Positions 23,939-35,628 of a DNA stretch of 64,000 nt are shown here, in pieces. Source of the DNA: Camelus dromedarius (Eukaryota); assembly GCF_036321535.1 (NCBI RefSeq), contig NC_087472.1, forward strand, positions 102,550,001 to 102,614,000, given 5' to 3'. How positions within the stretch are numbered: the stretch's first letter is position 1; every line of letters starts with the position of its first letter. Below the pieces are notes generated by a model. The model was given only the letters and a program-made list of their open reading frames with translations, was not told the DNA's origin and ran no database searches. The translations under genes and the position numbers were made by a program.

Positions 23939-25544
23939 ATTGTCTATCTTTCGATGTGTTTGTGGATTCCTTCCACAGGCTTCGGGATTGTTGTTTTCTT
24001 ATTTCTAGTATCTGCCCCTGGTGGGTGAGGCTGGACTAGAGGCTTATGCAGGTTTCCTGGCAGGAGGAGCCTGCCCACTGCTGGGTGAAGCTTGGTCCTG
24101 GACCTTTGGTGGGTAGGGCTGTGTCTAGAGGCCTTTGTGGCTTAGGAAGTCTGCTGATGGATGTGGCTGTGTTCCCACCCTGTATGTTGTTTGGTCTGAG
24201 GCTTCCCTACAGGCTGTTGAGTGGGGCTGGGTCTTGGTGCTAATGATCCAAACAAGATGTCAGCCTCCAGGAAAGCTTATGTAGATGAACACTCCCAGAA
24301 TGTCCGCCACCAGCATTTTTGTCCCCTGAATGAGCCGCAGCCGTCCCCCACGTTCCCAGGAGACCCTCCAAATCCAGCAGGCAGGTCTGGCGCAGGTTCC
24401 TATGAAATCACTGCCTCTGCCCTTGGACCTGGTGCATGTGAGTTTCAGTGTATACTTCTCAAGCGAATGGAGTCTCTGTTTCCCCCAGTCCCGTGAGGAT
24501 CCCAGAGCCAAGCTCCTCTGGCCTTCAAAACCAGATGTCCTGGGTTCTCCTTTTCTTCTCAATGCCAGAACCCTGGGCTGGGGAGCATGATGTGGGGCTT
24601 AGCGCTCTCACTCCTGTGGGAGGGCCTGTGTGACTTAACAGATCTTCAGCTGTGGGTTGTCCACCCGAGGGGTATGGGGCCCAATTATATTACAAGCACG
24701 CCCCTCCTATCATCCTGCTGTGGTTCCCTCTTTATGTTTCCAATTGCTGAAGATCTTTTTTGCTAGGTTCCAGTCTTTTTTCAATGGTTGTTTAGCATTC
24801 ATTTGTGGTTTCGCTGTAGTCATGAGGAGAGGCAAACTTGTGGTCCTACCACTCCGCCATCTTCACTGGAACTCCTGTTTGTGGACTTTTTAATGATGGC
24901 CATTCTGACTGGTGTGAGGTGACACCTCATTGTAGTTTTGGTTTGCATTTCTCTGATGACTAGTGATATTGAGCATTTTTTCATGTGCCTATTGGCCCTT
25001 TGTATGTCTTCATTGGAGAATTGCTTGTTTAGGTCTTCTGCCCATTTTTGGGTTGGGTTGTTTGCTTTTTTATTATTAAGTTCTATGAGCTGCTTGTATA
25101 TTCTAGAAATTAAGCTCTTGTCCGTCTCATCTTTTGCAAATATTTTCTCCTATTCTGTAGGTTGTCTTTTTGTTTTGCTTATGGTTTCCTTTGCTGTGCA
25201 AAAGCTTATAAGTTTAATTAGGTCCCATTTATTTATTTTTGCTTTTATTTCTATTGCTCGGGTAGACTGCCCTAGGAGAACATTGCTGAGATTTATGTCA
25301 GATAATGTTTTGCCTATGTTTTCTTCTAAGAGATTTATAGTGTCTTTTCTTATGCTTAAGTCTTTAAGCCACTTTGGGTTTATTTTTGTGTATGGTGTGA
25401 GGGAGTGTTCTAACTTCATTGATTTACATGCAGCTGTCCAATTTTCCCAACACCACTTGCTGAAGAGACTATCTTTACTCCATTGTGTGTTCTTGCCTTC
25501 TTTGTCAAACTTCTATTTTTATTGTTTTATTTTTTATACTTAAA

Positions 25545-26100
25545 ACTATAATCTTCATCTGGAATTTTAAAAATATAGTGTGAGGTAGAGCTATGACTTT
25601 TTTCTTAGATGAAAAACTATTTAACCTAAAAGAACTCATGTAAAAATAAATTGAAAATAAATTTACAACATGGGTAAATTAACTTTCTATATTTACTTGA
25701 ATCTGTTTCTGAATTCTGCATTCTTTGTTCTATTATCAATTTGTCCTTCTAATGCAGGTACTGTATGGTAGGTTTTGTAGTAAGTTGTAATATCTAGGAG
25801 GATAAATTACTCCCCTCATGATTTTTCTTTAATTTTTCCTTGGTTTTATTTTCTTACATTTATTCTTCCATATAAACCTTAAAATCATTTCATCCATTGA
25901 AAAATTCCTATTTTCATGCTGATTGGAATGGGATTTGTTTATTATTTTTAGAAGAATTGACACTTGTCTTCCTTTCCAGAAACATGTTCTAGCTTTCCAT
26001 TTACTCAGGTCGCTTTTTCCCCATGAGTGTAGATAATCAAAAGTTGACTGCAATTATGTTCAGTATTTTATGTGCTTTATTTGAATATTTGAAAGTAGTA
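25545..26100 (-). mobile_element. Very old L1 ORF2 remnant
   Basis: gtgtgaggtagag, tctgtttctgaattct, ttattcttccatataaa motifs. Minus ORF ends ILRFIWKNK. Confidence 0.6.
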
Positions 26101-26721
26101 TTCATTTTACATTATGTAGTTTAACAAGCAAATAGTGCTCATTAAGTTAATCACTTAATAGTCTAAACAATTCCAGCATTTCAAGTATGTCATTTTGGAT
26201 ATGGAAATTCTTCTATCTCTGCAAATTACTGAAAACCTCTGATTCATGATTAGGTTGAAGAGAAGGAAGAGTACTAAAATTAATCAATTCTATATAACTT
26301 AATAGACATTCATGTGTAACTTTTGAGTATTTTATGCACCATTGTCTCTTTTATAGATGCCCTTTTCCAGCTTTCAGTTTTGTCATGTGGCAAAGACATG
26401 AGGGAGCAGGTTTGGGATTTGAATCAAATTACCTTCATAGTTTGTGGGTGAATCAGATTTAGAAGTTCTTCCAGAATTATTCAACAGTCAGTAATGAAGG
26501 TGCATGGACATCTAACATCCTCCACTCCCTATATAACCATCCCCTTGACACTTAGAGTGGAAAGAGGCTACTTCCAAATAGCAATACTCCTAACAAGTGG
26601 GAATGATAAATGATGCTATCAATGGGAGCAGTTATTTTTCTTTCATGTTTTAGTGAGATTTTGATCTAGCAGAGTAAGATGTCAGCTATAGCTCCTATTT
26701 ATTACTTGAATTTCCCTACAG

Positions 26722-26793
26722 GAATGGTTCTGGAAGCAGCAGCAGGCTTGCATCCTTACCTGAGGCAGAGGATGTTTGGAGACGGACATAAGG
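26722..26793 (+). other. Candidate exon (72 nt)
   Basis: Acceptor tttccctacag|G and donor AGG|GTGAGT. No transcript evidence. Confidence 0.3.
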
Positions 26794-27141
26794 GTGAGTG
26801 AAGGGAAAGAAGAGAGTGTTGATTAGCTCTGTCTCCAGTCTGGATCAAGAGTTAGCTACTCCTTTACTTCGTTTTAACCTCTCCTTTCTCTTGCCATGGA
26901 CAAATCCAGTTTTATTTAGCAAAGACAGTGCCCAAACCAGAAACTGCAAAACTGTGAAAGGGAACTATTTTGGGAAAATATTTTTCTTTAGCTGAAGTGA
27001 AGCAGGCATGAGAATGCAAGGGGAAAATCTAAATATGGTATGTTTAGGGGAAGAGATGACAGGGTTAATTTTCAATATATGGTAATTCAAGCAAGATGTT
27101 AGTTGGTCTAGCCACACAAGTGGAGTAGGGCTCTTTTGTGG

Positions 27142-27319
27142 CAGTGGATCTCAACCCAGGATACACATTAGAATCACCTGGGGTGATATGGAAAATGCTA
27201 GTGCCTCAGCCCAGCCCTCAACAAATTCTTACTCAGTTGGTCTGGGATTGGGCCTGGGCCTGGATCTTTTTTAAAGCTCCCAAGTAAATCCTCGTGTGAA
27301 GCCACTGATGAGAACTCTG
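27142..27319. mobile_element. MER5A-like MITE
   Basis: cagtggatctcaa...cattagaatcacctggg...ggtctggg...tttaaagctccc...tgagaactctg. Confidence 0.8.
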
Positions 27320-28250
27320 TTTTGGGGAAATTACCAAGGGACTGGGAGGATCTTTTTTTTAAACAATGTGTGAAATCAAATCACAGCCAATTTTGGAGAT
27401 TACAGAGTAGTAGACATGTATTTTAGCTCATCTGTTATGAAGGAATAGTGTTCTGCTGGTTAAGTCTGGGCTATTTTTTTCTAAGTTGGACTTTCATACT
27501 AAAATGATATTTCCTTCAAATGAACATCATTCCCTCACATTTGTCATTATCTGAAGTCATATCTTGACCTTCCAGAATATAACTATGTCTAGAAAGATCT
27601 GGCATGGGATGATCAGCCTTCGGATTGTGGAACTGTGCCTGCCTGCCACTGTTATAAGGTGATTTCCACAAAATGCAATCTCAGAAATAGTCATTTTGGG
27701 GTCTTCTTTCTTTCCTAAAACATACATGACCATGTTAGTTGCTTCATAAAAAAACCTTTGGGTCTTATTTCAGCCTTAAAATATCTACTTTATATTGGAA
27801 TACAAGGTTCATTAAACTTTCTGGGATTCATTCAATTGCTCATTCCCTTGTTCATTCATAGGGTACAGGGGATTACAGATATTTCCAGTACCTTGTGGGC
27901 CTCTCATTTCCCCCAGCTTTCAGATGAGTCCTGCTTAACAATCTGCAGATAAAGCCAGAATTAAACTCATCTATCTGATTATCCTTTATTATTATTTTTT
28001 AACTAACTAGTTATTATGTTGGCTAGATTCTTTTCACTTTCTGCTGGTGCTCCAATTATCTAGGCATCAAGGATCATAATGAAGTAACAAGAGAGAATGA
28101 TGTTGAAAACCCATCTGGATAATACTGGGGTATTGACGTATGTGATAACATTAACTCTCCAACCTGGGAATGTGCCTGCATGATGCATAGGTTCTTCTTA
28201 CCTATGAGAAGTTGAGTTAAATTAAAAGCAAACAAACAAAAAAAGGGTGG

Positions 28251-28732
28251 TGTATCAGGTGGGATTAGTTTGACTGGAACAGAAACTCCTGGTAGAAGCT
28301 TTTGTGTTTCTCACTTTGAAGTCTAGAGTTGGATCTTCTAGAGCTCGTATGAAAGTTTTGCTCCACAGAGGCCCAGGATACTTCCAACTCTCCCCTCGGT
28401 CCTCCCTGGGGTATGGCCCTTATCCTAATAGTCCAAGATGAAGCTAGAGCCATCCCATGCATATGTTAAGCAGAAGGATGAGGGAAGGGTTGATGGGGTG
28501 GGGATGGTGGGGAAGAAAAGGTGAGGTCTTGCTTTTAAGAAAGGTCCTCAGATAAGATCATATGATGAGATTACATTTATAGCTCATTGACTAGAATTTC
28601 ATCACATGGCAGCCTCACTGAGCATGAGGCTGGGAAATGTAGTCTTTACCTGGTGACCATGTGCTCAGCTGAAAATCAGGAGTTGTAAGAGAAACAAAGT
28701 GGGTATTAGGGGACAGTCAGCAGTCTGTGCCT
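28251..28732 (-). mobile_element. MLT1 (MaLR, J/K-like) LTR
   Basis: ctcattgactagaatttcatcacatggc...gaggctgggaaatgtagtcttt...atgtgctcagct. Confidence 0.65.
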
Positions 28733-29876
28733 AAGATGGCATATGATGGATTGGATAGACTCTGGGGAATTACTTTTCTGAGGTTGAATTCTGCTCCACA
28801 AACTCTTATTTTCTGTTGGAGACTCAGCTGCATGCACGATTAGTATTCAATGATGACTTTTCAGGATTTTCCTTCTCTGTTTTTCCTGTGGGACCACTAT
28901 GGGATAAACAAATCCAACTCCATACACTCAAAAGGGATCATCCTGCAGAGAGGTTGATTTACATTCTACCCCATCCCTTATTCACACAGACAGTTCATTC
29001 AGTTGTCTCATGGTGTTCTATTGGGACCCCTCTAAGACTGATGTCCCAAGATGGAAAAGTTATTCACCCAAATGGAGGGATTTGAAAGATGCCACTAAAG
29101 GCCTTCCTGCAAAAAAAAATATTCCCACAGCTTTTCCAATATACCACCTAAGATTCCACCATTAATAAATAACACATTGCTTTTTAAAATGTCAAGTATC
29201 TTGGGGGAATTGTAAAGCATTAAGCTCTTTTGAAGCTACTTGCGCCTTAATATGAATTAGTTCATTATATACATGAGATCTAGCTGGAGTAAGAATTTTG
29301 AGAAGTGAGATGAAAGGGAAATATAAATTAGGAACATGAGGGTAGGACCTGGATGGGGCCACAAAGGTGCTTCACTAATAGCTCCAAGGCATCCCCATTG
29401 CAGTATATACCATTGCTTTTTACTGAACTACTGGGACACTGGTTGGGAATGTTAAAGGGGATTGCCAAAGGAATGGGAGATGGCAGAGCAAAAAAGACAA
29501 ATATCACCACTTCAGACTCCAATTGAAAAAGACATTTGTACACTTAGTTAATTTTAACTGGAAGAAATCATCATTTCATAATCTAATATTCATATACACT
29601 CAAATTAAGAGTAAATCATGTTTTGAGACAGAGGCTTTATGACCAAAAAAAAAAAAAAAAAAAAATCATACCAGATTCCTCGAAGCTCTCACTTTGCCCA
29701 AAGCCAAGGTAACTGGACCCAGTATCACTTTTACAGACATTTCCTTTCCTGCTCATGGATTTTTTTTTCTTTACATTTCTTGACCAATGGGAATCTGTTT
29801 GTAAGCCCAGATTGAAAGTGATAAAGTTTGGGATAAGTAAGCTGTCAGAATGATGGGAATAATCATTGGAATTAAA

Positions 29877-30185
29877 ACAGAAACAGACTCATAGATGTAG
29901 AAAACAAACTTATGGTTACCAGAGGGGAGAGAGGGTGGGAAGGGATAAATTGGGAGTTGGAAATTTGCAGATACTAACTACTATACATGAGGTAGATAAA
30001 CAAGTTTCTACTGTACAGCACAGGGAACTATATTCAATATCTTGTAATAGCCTAAAATGAAAAAGAATATGAAAACGAATATATGTATGTATATGCATGA
30101 CTGAAACATTAAGCTGTACACCAGAAATTGACACAACATTGTAAACTGACTATACTTCAATAAAATAAATAATAAAATTTAAAAA
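29877..30185 (+). mobile_element. Lineage-specific L1 3' end
   Basis: L1 3'UTR plus A tail. Perfect 16-bp TSD aatcattggaattaaa at 29861-29876 and 30186-30201. Confidence 0.95.
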
Positions 30186-30293
30186 AATCATTGGAATTAA
30201 ACATCAGCCACCAGTTCAGCAAGTAGTGATAAATATGCTTGCATTTCACTAACATGGTTATTCTCTGCCTTCTTTGCTTATTGTGTTCACTAG

Positions 30294-30370
30294 GTTATAA
30301 GGATCCTTCTGAAACTTTTCCCAGAGAGTGAAAGAAACCAAGTCAACCCTGCTGGATGATTGGGGTGCAA
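30294..30370 (+). other. Candidate exon (77 nt, stops in all three frames)
   Basis: Branch-point-like CACTAAC at 30247-30253, pyrimidine tract, tag| acceptor, CAA|GTAAGT donor. Confidence 0.3.
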
Positions 30371-30530
30371 GTAAGTTGACTTACACTAGTTGGATGTTAC
30401 CTAGGAGCCCACCAGGGCTAGGGCAGAACAGTCGAGGCTGAACAAGTGTAGGTTATTCATCAGAACAGATGAAGTTAGTGCATCCCCCACCCTACCCCAA
30501 TCAATGCTATATATATATGTATATATATTA

Positions 30531-31148
30531 TAACACAGAGGCAATGTTGATAGAAAGGAAAGTTGCTTTTAATCAGAATGCTGGCAATCTGGGGGGATGG
30601 TGGGCTCAGTGTCCCTGAAGACCATCTCTGAAGATTCTGCTAAGCCAGAAAAGTTTTTAAAGTAGGGAAATAATCCCAGTTGATCACTGAGATAAGGGGG
30701 TCAGAGTTGTTGCACCCACCCCTCTCCCCCAGGCTTGTCAGTTCCTTGTGAATTTTCCTTAGATGCTATCTTGTTTACACAGTTTGTTAGCAAGATTACT
30801 GAAGGGGAAATTGGGGAAGAGATCTGTTCATTTATTACTTACTGTCCATTTCTACTTCTTTGATTATTACTTACTATCCATTTCTACTTCTTTGATCTTT
30901 GGAAAAAGCCCAACAGGTTAGGCAAGGTATTGTGTGATCAAAAGATTTGAAAGGTGTGCTTGGGCTGGAGATGAGTAGGGCATGGGGGTGCCTGGTTTAA
31001 GGTTAGTGACAATATAGCTTTGCTAAAGGGACAAGAAAAGGGGTTTCCTGCTGGGGCGATTTCCTGCAAAGGGCTGCTTACATGGTGGCAGTTATAGTAC
31101 CTGTAAAATAATTCAGGAATGTGCCCTGCAGGGTCCTGCTCAGTTTCA
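30531..31148 (-). mobile_element. ERV1-type LTR, one end truncated
   Basis: Ends agggtcctgctcagtttca (minus strand TGAAACTGAGCAGGACCC), the same terminus type as 57170-57720. Confidence 0.7.
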
Positions 31149-31515
31149 AAATTAGCTACTTTCGTTCAAATCCCTGACTCAGTGCCTGCTTCTGGGGGAA
31201 CCTCACCTGAGGTGTAGGCAAGAAAAGTAATAGAAAACTGAAGAAGACCTGAAACTTATCTGTGGTAGAAACTAGACTCTAACATGTAGAAGCCAGGCAG
31301 TGCTTAACGTAACTGACTCCTCAAGAACTTTAGTGAAGGATTGAGAATAATAGAGACATTTGCTTTAAATTTAGAAATGATCCTGCTTCGATGGGTGGAC
31401 TGAAATAGAGATAATTTTAGGCATCCAAATTCTTCTTAACAAGAGTACTATAGTTGTTTGGAAGTCCTGACTGCTTGTGGTGGTCACTGAGACTTCTTGA
31501 TTACTGGGAGGGTAG

Positions 31516-31520
<5 letters not shown>

Positions 31521-31566
<46 letters not shown>
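31521..31566. repeat. (AG)23 microsatellite
   Basis: Direct reading. Confidence 0.95.
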
Positions 31567-31569
<3 letters not shown>

Positions 31570-32109
31570 CTGAGCAGGGGTGGGGTGGGGGTTATTCTAC
31601 ACAAATAAATTAAAAATTGCAACTGGAAAGTGGGGATATCATCCATTTAGGATGAAGAGGAGACAATCAGACGGGTGCAAGGGAAAGAAAGGAAGAGAGT
31701 AGGGAGATGGGAGAGGTCCTTGCACTCTCGTATCTGACCTTTCCCTGCAGACTCTTCAAGCTTGAAAGTGTTCTACTAAAACTCACAAAATGCTCAGGAT
31801 GAGAAGAGTACTTGTGGGAAGGGGTGAAAGAACTAATCTTCACATCTGGGCAGGGGGTGGAGCGGCGGGGGACTCAGCCCGTCTCAGAGATGGTATAGCT
31901 GAACATCACTGCCTGACCCCAGGAGCGCAACTCCAGGAGTCAGCAGAAGTCACGGGGAGAATCTAGGACTGCCCAGGCCATGATAATGGCCTGTGGTCTG
32001 TGCCCGTTTCTCTCTGGCCCCCAAGGTGCCAGAGGCCCACAGCTGGCATCTCTGAGATAGATTGAGCATCAGAAAGGGGAACCAAGGAGGTGGTAGGAGT
32101 TCCTCCAAA

Positions 32110-32910
32110 GTGCCTTTAAAATTTCCTTTTGAGTTAGTTAAGTGTTGCTCCTTCCTGGAACAGATATTTGGTTTAAATGGCTTTTGGAATTTTCTCTGAC
32201 TTGATTTATGACTCTGAAAGTAGCCTGAAATGTGCAGTTGTTGGTTCCTTGAAATTTTGTCTTGAAAAATTTTAAAGAAGTAGGCAAGGCTACTTTAGCT
32301 GACTAGGGGTTCTGTTTTCAGCATCTTATCTAGTGACTGCTTAATTCTATTTTATCTCCTATATAATTGTTAAACATTCATTTTGTGCCTGTCTGAAATT
32401 CATGAGTCATTTTGTTTTCTTTGACATTTTCCATGATTGATCCTTGTTTTCAGCCTGAAGACTCTTTCCTTTTTTTTCTTGTTTTTAATTTCCCAAGAGC
32501 CTTCTTAGAACTCAGTTTTTATCTACCCCTGATATCCCCACAATTTATGTTGGTCCTCTAAGCCCGCTGCTATAGGGCTTGATGGTGTTCTCTATCTGTC
32601 GGTATTGTTTTGGCTTGATTTGATTCTGGACTCCTAAAAAAAGCATTCCTGTTTAGAAATTTGGAGATTTCCTGATGCTGCTTCATTGGTGTTATAATCA
32701 GAGGGAGAGATGGAGTGGAATGTCCTTACTCCATAATGAGTGGAACCAGACTCTTATTTTTAATTTTCAAATTTTTATGACCTGGGACAGTAGAAGCTAA
32801 CTTTTGTGTCCTGGGGATCCCATCTGTTAATCTTTGAAAACATCCTTATTTTCTGAGTTAACATGACATCTTGTCTGTTTCCTGCTTCAGATCCGGAAAC
32901 AGCCATGTGT
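32110..32910 (-). mobile_element. Possible old L1 5'/ORF1 remnant
   Basis: Very T-rich, with L1M-like motifs (ctttgaaaacatccttattttctg). Degraded. Confidence 0.35.
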
Positions 32911-34030
32911 AAATTAGTGAAAAATATTTGCATTAAAATGTATTACTGAATTTTTAGAAAGTCATCATCAGAGCCCAGCGCCGTCCTGGTCCTCTTCTCC
33001 TTATAACCACAGGGCAATGGGGGGGCTCCACCATCCCCATCACTGACCCACCTGCCTGGAGACGCCTCCCTCCCTCTGCTTAGGTACCAGCCAAGGGGGC
33101 TCTGGGGTTCTCCCCCTACAGCCACCCCAACCCAGGCATATCCAGGCTCTGCGAGGCTCAGTGAAAGCTCAGTGGGCAGAAGTGCCCAGAGCGGGAGGCA
33201 GAGACAAATCCTGTCTCGGGGTCCCCAGCATCCCTCTGACCCAGTACAATGCCTGGCCCACAGAAAGGGTGAAATGCACAGGTGTTTGATCAAAGCTAAT
33301 GATTCACAAACAGCTATTCAAAAATACACGGATATTCCAGAGTGGGGACTGAATGCATGTAAATAAGCAAGAAGGCTTGAATGAGCAAACCCAGTAAAGC
33401 AACATGGTAAACAGACAACTCTTACAAGACGTCTTGCCACCTTCTGACCCTGCCCAGTGCAGAGTTATCAAGCCCGTGTAGTGGGAGAAACAAGGAATGG
33501 TGGGAACTGGTTTAGCACTGGCTAAAGTGGCTTTTTCACATTCCGTAGGGGCAGGGTGCAGAGTATATCTTGGAGAAAGACTACTCTTGTTCGGGAAGAC
33601 ATTTTGAGAGGCTTTTTGGTTACACCAGTAAAGACCCAGAGCTGAATCTGGTGAGAGAGATCGAGATAATGGGGAACTAAATTCCTCCTTGAAGTCTCAT
33701 TAAAGAAAAGTATGTGTCCATGAAAAAAAATTTTTTAGAGGTGTGTGAAAGAATTTTTTTGTGAGTCTAGAAACATGAGTTCTTAGGGGACTAAAACTAG
33801 GGATGGTGAAGATGGTAAAAGATGCTCTGTTCTGAGGGTGCAGAAGCATGACGGCAGTTCAGAGTGACAGCAAGGTTGGAGACACACTCCCTGAAAATAT
33901 TCAGGAATATTCTGGAGATATCTGGACCTCCACTGATGTAAAAGAGAGAAATCCCCCAGTGCCAGCATGCCCTCCATATAAAAATGGGGAAAGAGAGTAG
34001 TGATGGAGGAGTAATGGCAGCATGTAACCC

Positions 34031-34343
34031 GGCACTGTCAAAATATAATATGAGTTACATATATATTTTAAAATTTTCTATTAGTCTCATTAAAAAAGTG
34101 AAAAGAAACAGGTGAAATCAATTTTAGTACTATATTTTATTTAACCCATGTATCCAGACAATTCTTATTTCAATGTTTGATGAACCTAACGTATTATTAA
34201 GGAGACTTTTTTTACATATTTTTCATATTCAGTCTTTGAATTCCAGTGAATGTTCTACATTTAAAGCGTATCTTAACGCAGACTAGCCACCATGGAGTGT
34301 TCAATAGCCAGATGTAGTCAATGGCTTCCACACTGGGCAGAAC
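34031..34343. mobile_element. MER33-like hAT-Charlie
   Basis: aaagtgaaaagaaacaggtgaaatcaatttt...gactagccac...gttcaatagcc, homologous to 12582-12882. Confidence 0.8.
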
Positions 34344-35392
34344 CAGTCTAACTCTTCATATTCTGTGATTACTAACATAATTCCAAAGCCTGAAGAAAAA
34401 AAAACACAAACAGAACTGGCTCTAAGAGCCTGCTTATCTCAATTACTGCATTTATCTTTGCCGTAAAAAAGCAAAACCAAAAATCCCTTATAGCACACGC
34501 AATCTCTTGAGTTCAGAAGACTGTCTTTACAAAAGGCTCATGAAATACTTATGGCCAGGGGTGACCTCTGAGTGGGCGGACAGAATTCATCCCACAGAGA
34601 GATGAAAAATAAATGGGTGTAATCACCAATGAATTGACAAATAAAAGTATTAACAGCCGTGCGTAAGTATAATGGTTACTTAGGGAATAAGTCTCTGCAG
34701 GAGCTGGCTTCAAAATGCAACTCGTACTTAATTCATTTTAAGGAGTCTTCTGAGAAAATGCCATGTTGTAAGAAAGTAGATATTAATTTATTTGAATGAA
34801 AGGAAAAGGCATTGTTTCATTGATTGAAAGGAATATCTGATTCATCAGCCTCTTTGTCTTTGCTGTTTATACAACCCAAGTGTCCCAGCCACACCAGCCT
34901 GGAGCTTGAATAGGTCAAAGCAACAGTGACAAAGCGCATGCACCTTGTGTAATTCAAAACCTGTGTAATTCAGATGAATACATATTCTAATCGGAACATT
35001 TATTTCTGTTTAATAGCAAAAGTGGCTGTGTCATGTGACAATAGGATAAACTCCACATGAAAATCACTTGGTCATGCAGCTTTGGAATTATGAGGTTCTT
35101 GAATTTTAAAAATTATGGATGAGTTATTTCACATTTCACCGATAAAGCGAGACTTCATTAATCTTCTCACACCGCAATATTACAAATCCGTTTAATACAG
35201 ATTGGCAGAAAATGAGCAGATGCTTAAACTGCCATGCCCAGCCTCCACGTCCAGCACTCTGTTGGAACTCTGGTCCTTCTAATTCCTTCCAGATGGTCTT
35301 GGAAGTCTCAGGGAGGTATCTCATGAAGGCTCCAGGAATAAACTCCCTTGGCTGCCCCGTGGTACCTGTGTTTGTCCTCTCTCCTGCTCCAG

Positions 35393-35628
35393 ACCTCTGT
35401 GGGACAGTCTCCTCATGCTGTTAATGCCCATGATAGCAGCTGGCTCACTCGTTGGTGGTGGTTTCCAAAGAGGAGGCCAAAGCCAATGTTTTGCCCAAGT
35501 CCCATGCCAAGGGCACTGATGTCTGCCTGGAGGGCACAGTCTCCCTTGGCCACAAGAGCCAAGAGCAGTGGGGTGCTGGTGTCCATGAATGGAACTGCCA
35601 CAGTTGACGCCTTGGTGGTCTAGCTCTG
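35393..35628 (+). other. Candidate exon (236 nt)
   Basis: Acceptor tttgtcctctctcctgctccag| and donor CTG|GTGAGT. GC-richer than flanks. No frame is open end to end. Confidence 0.25.

Larger units (their letters stand above)
21817..24875 (-). mobile_element. Chimeric L1-initiated retro-insertion (5'UTR+ORF1, no sense ORF2, transduced 3' part)
   Basis: 16-bp TSD at 21801-21816 and 24876-24891 at a TT/AAAA site. Starts GGAGTTCCAGTGAAGATGGCGG and ends AATAAAGCCTATT(A)n. Confidence 0.85.
21025..25510 (-). mobile_element. 5'-truncated lineage-specific L1 (host; parts 21025-21816 and 24876-25510)
   Basis: Minus ORFs [21 protein letters not shown] and [30 protein letters not shown] match the ORF2 C-terminus. 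3'UTR and tail at about 21025. The halves join at the duplicated tgtttgtggacttttt. Confidence 0.95.

Noticed and set aside
24938..25543. Longest ORF (201 aa, + strand)
   Set aside because: Antisense reading of L1 ORF2, not a host gene.
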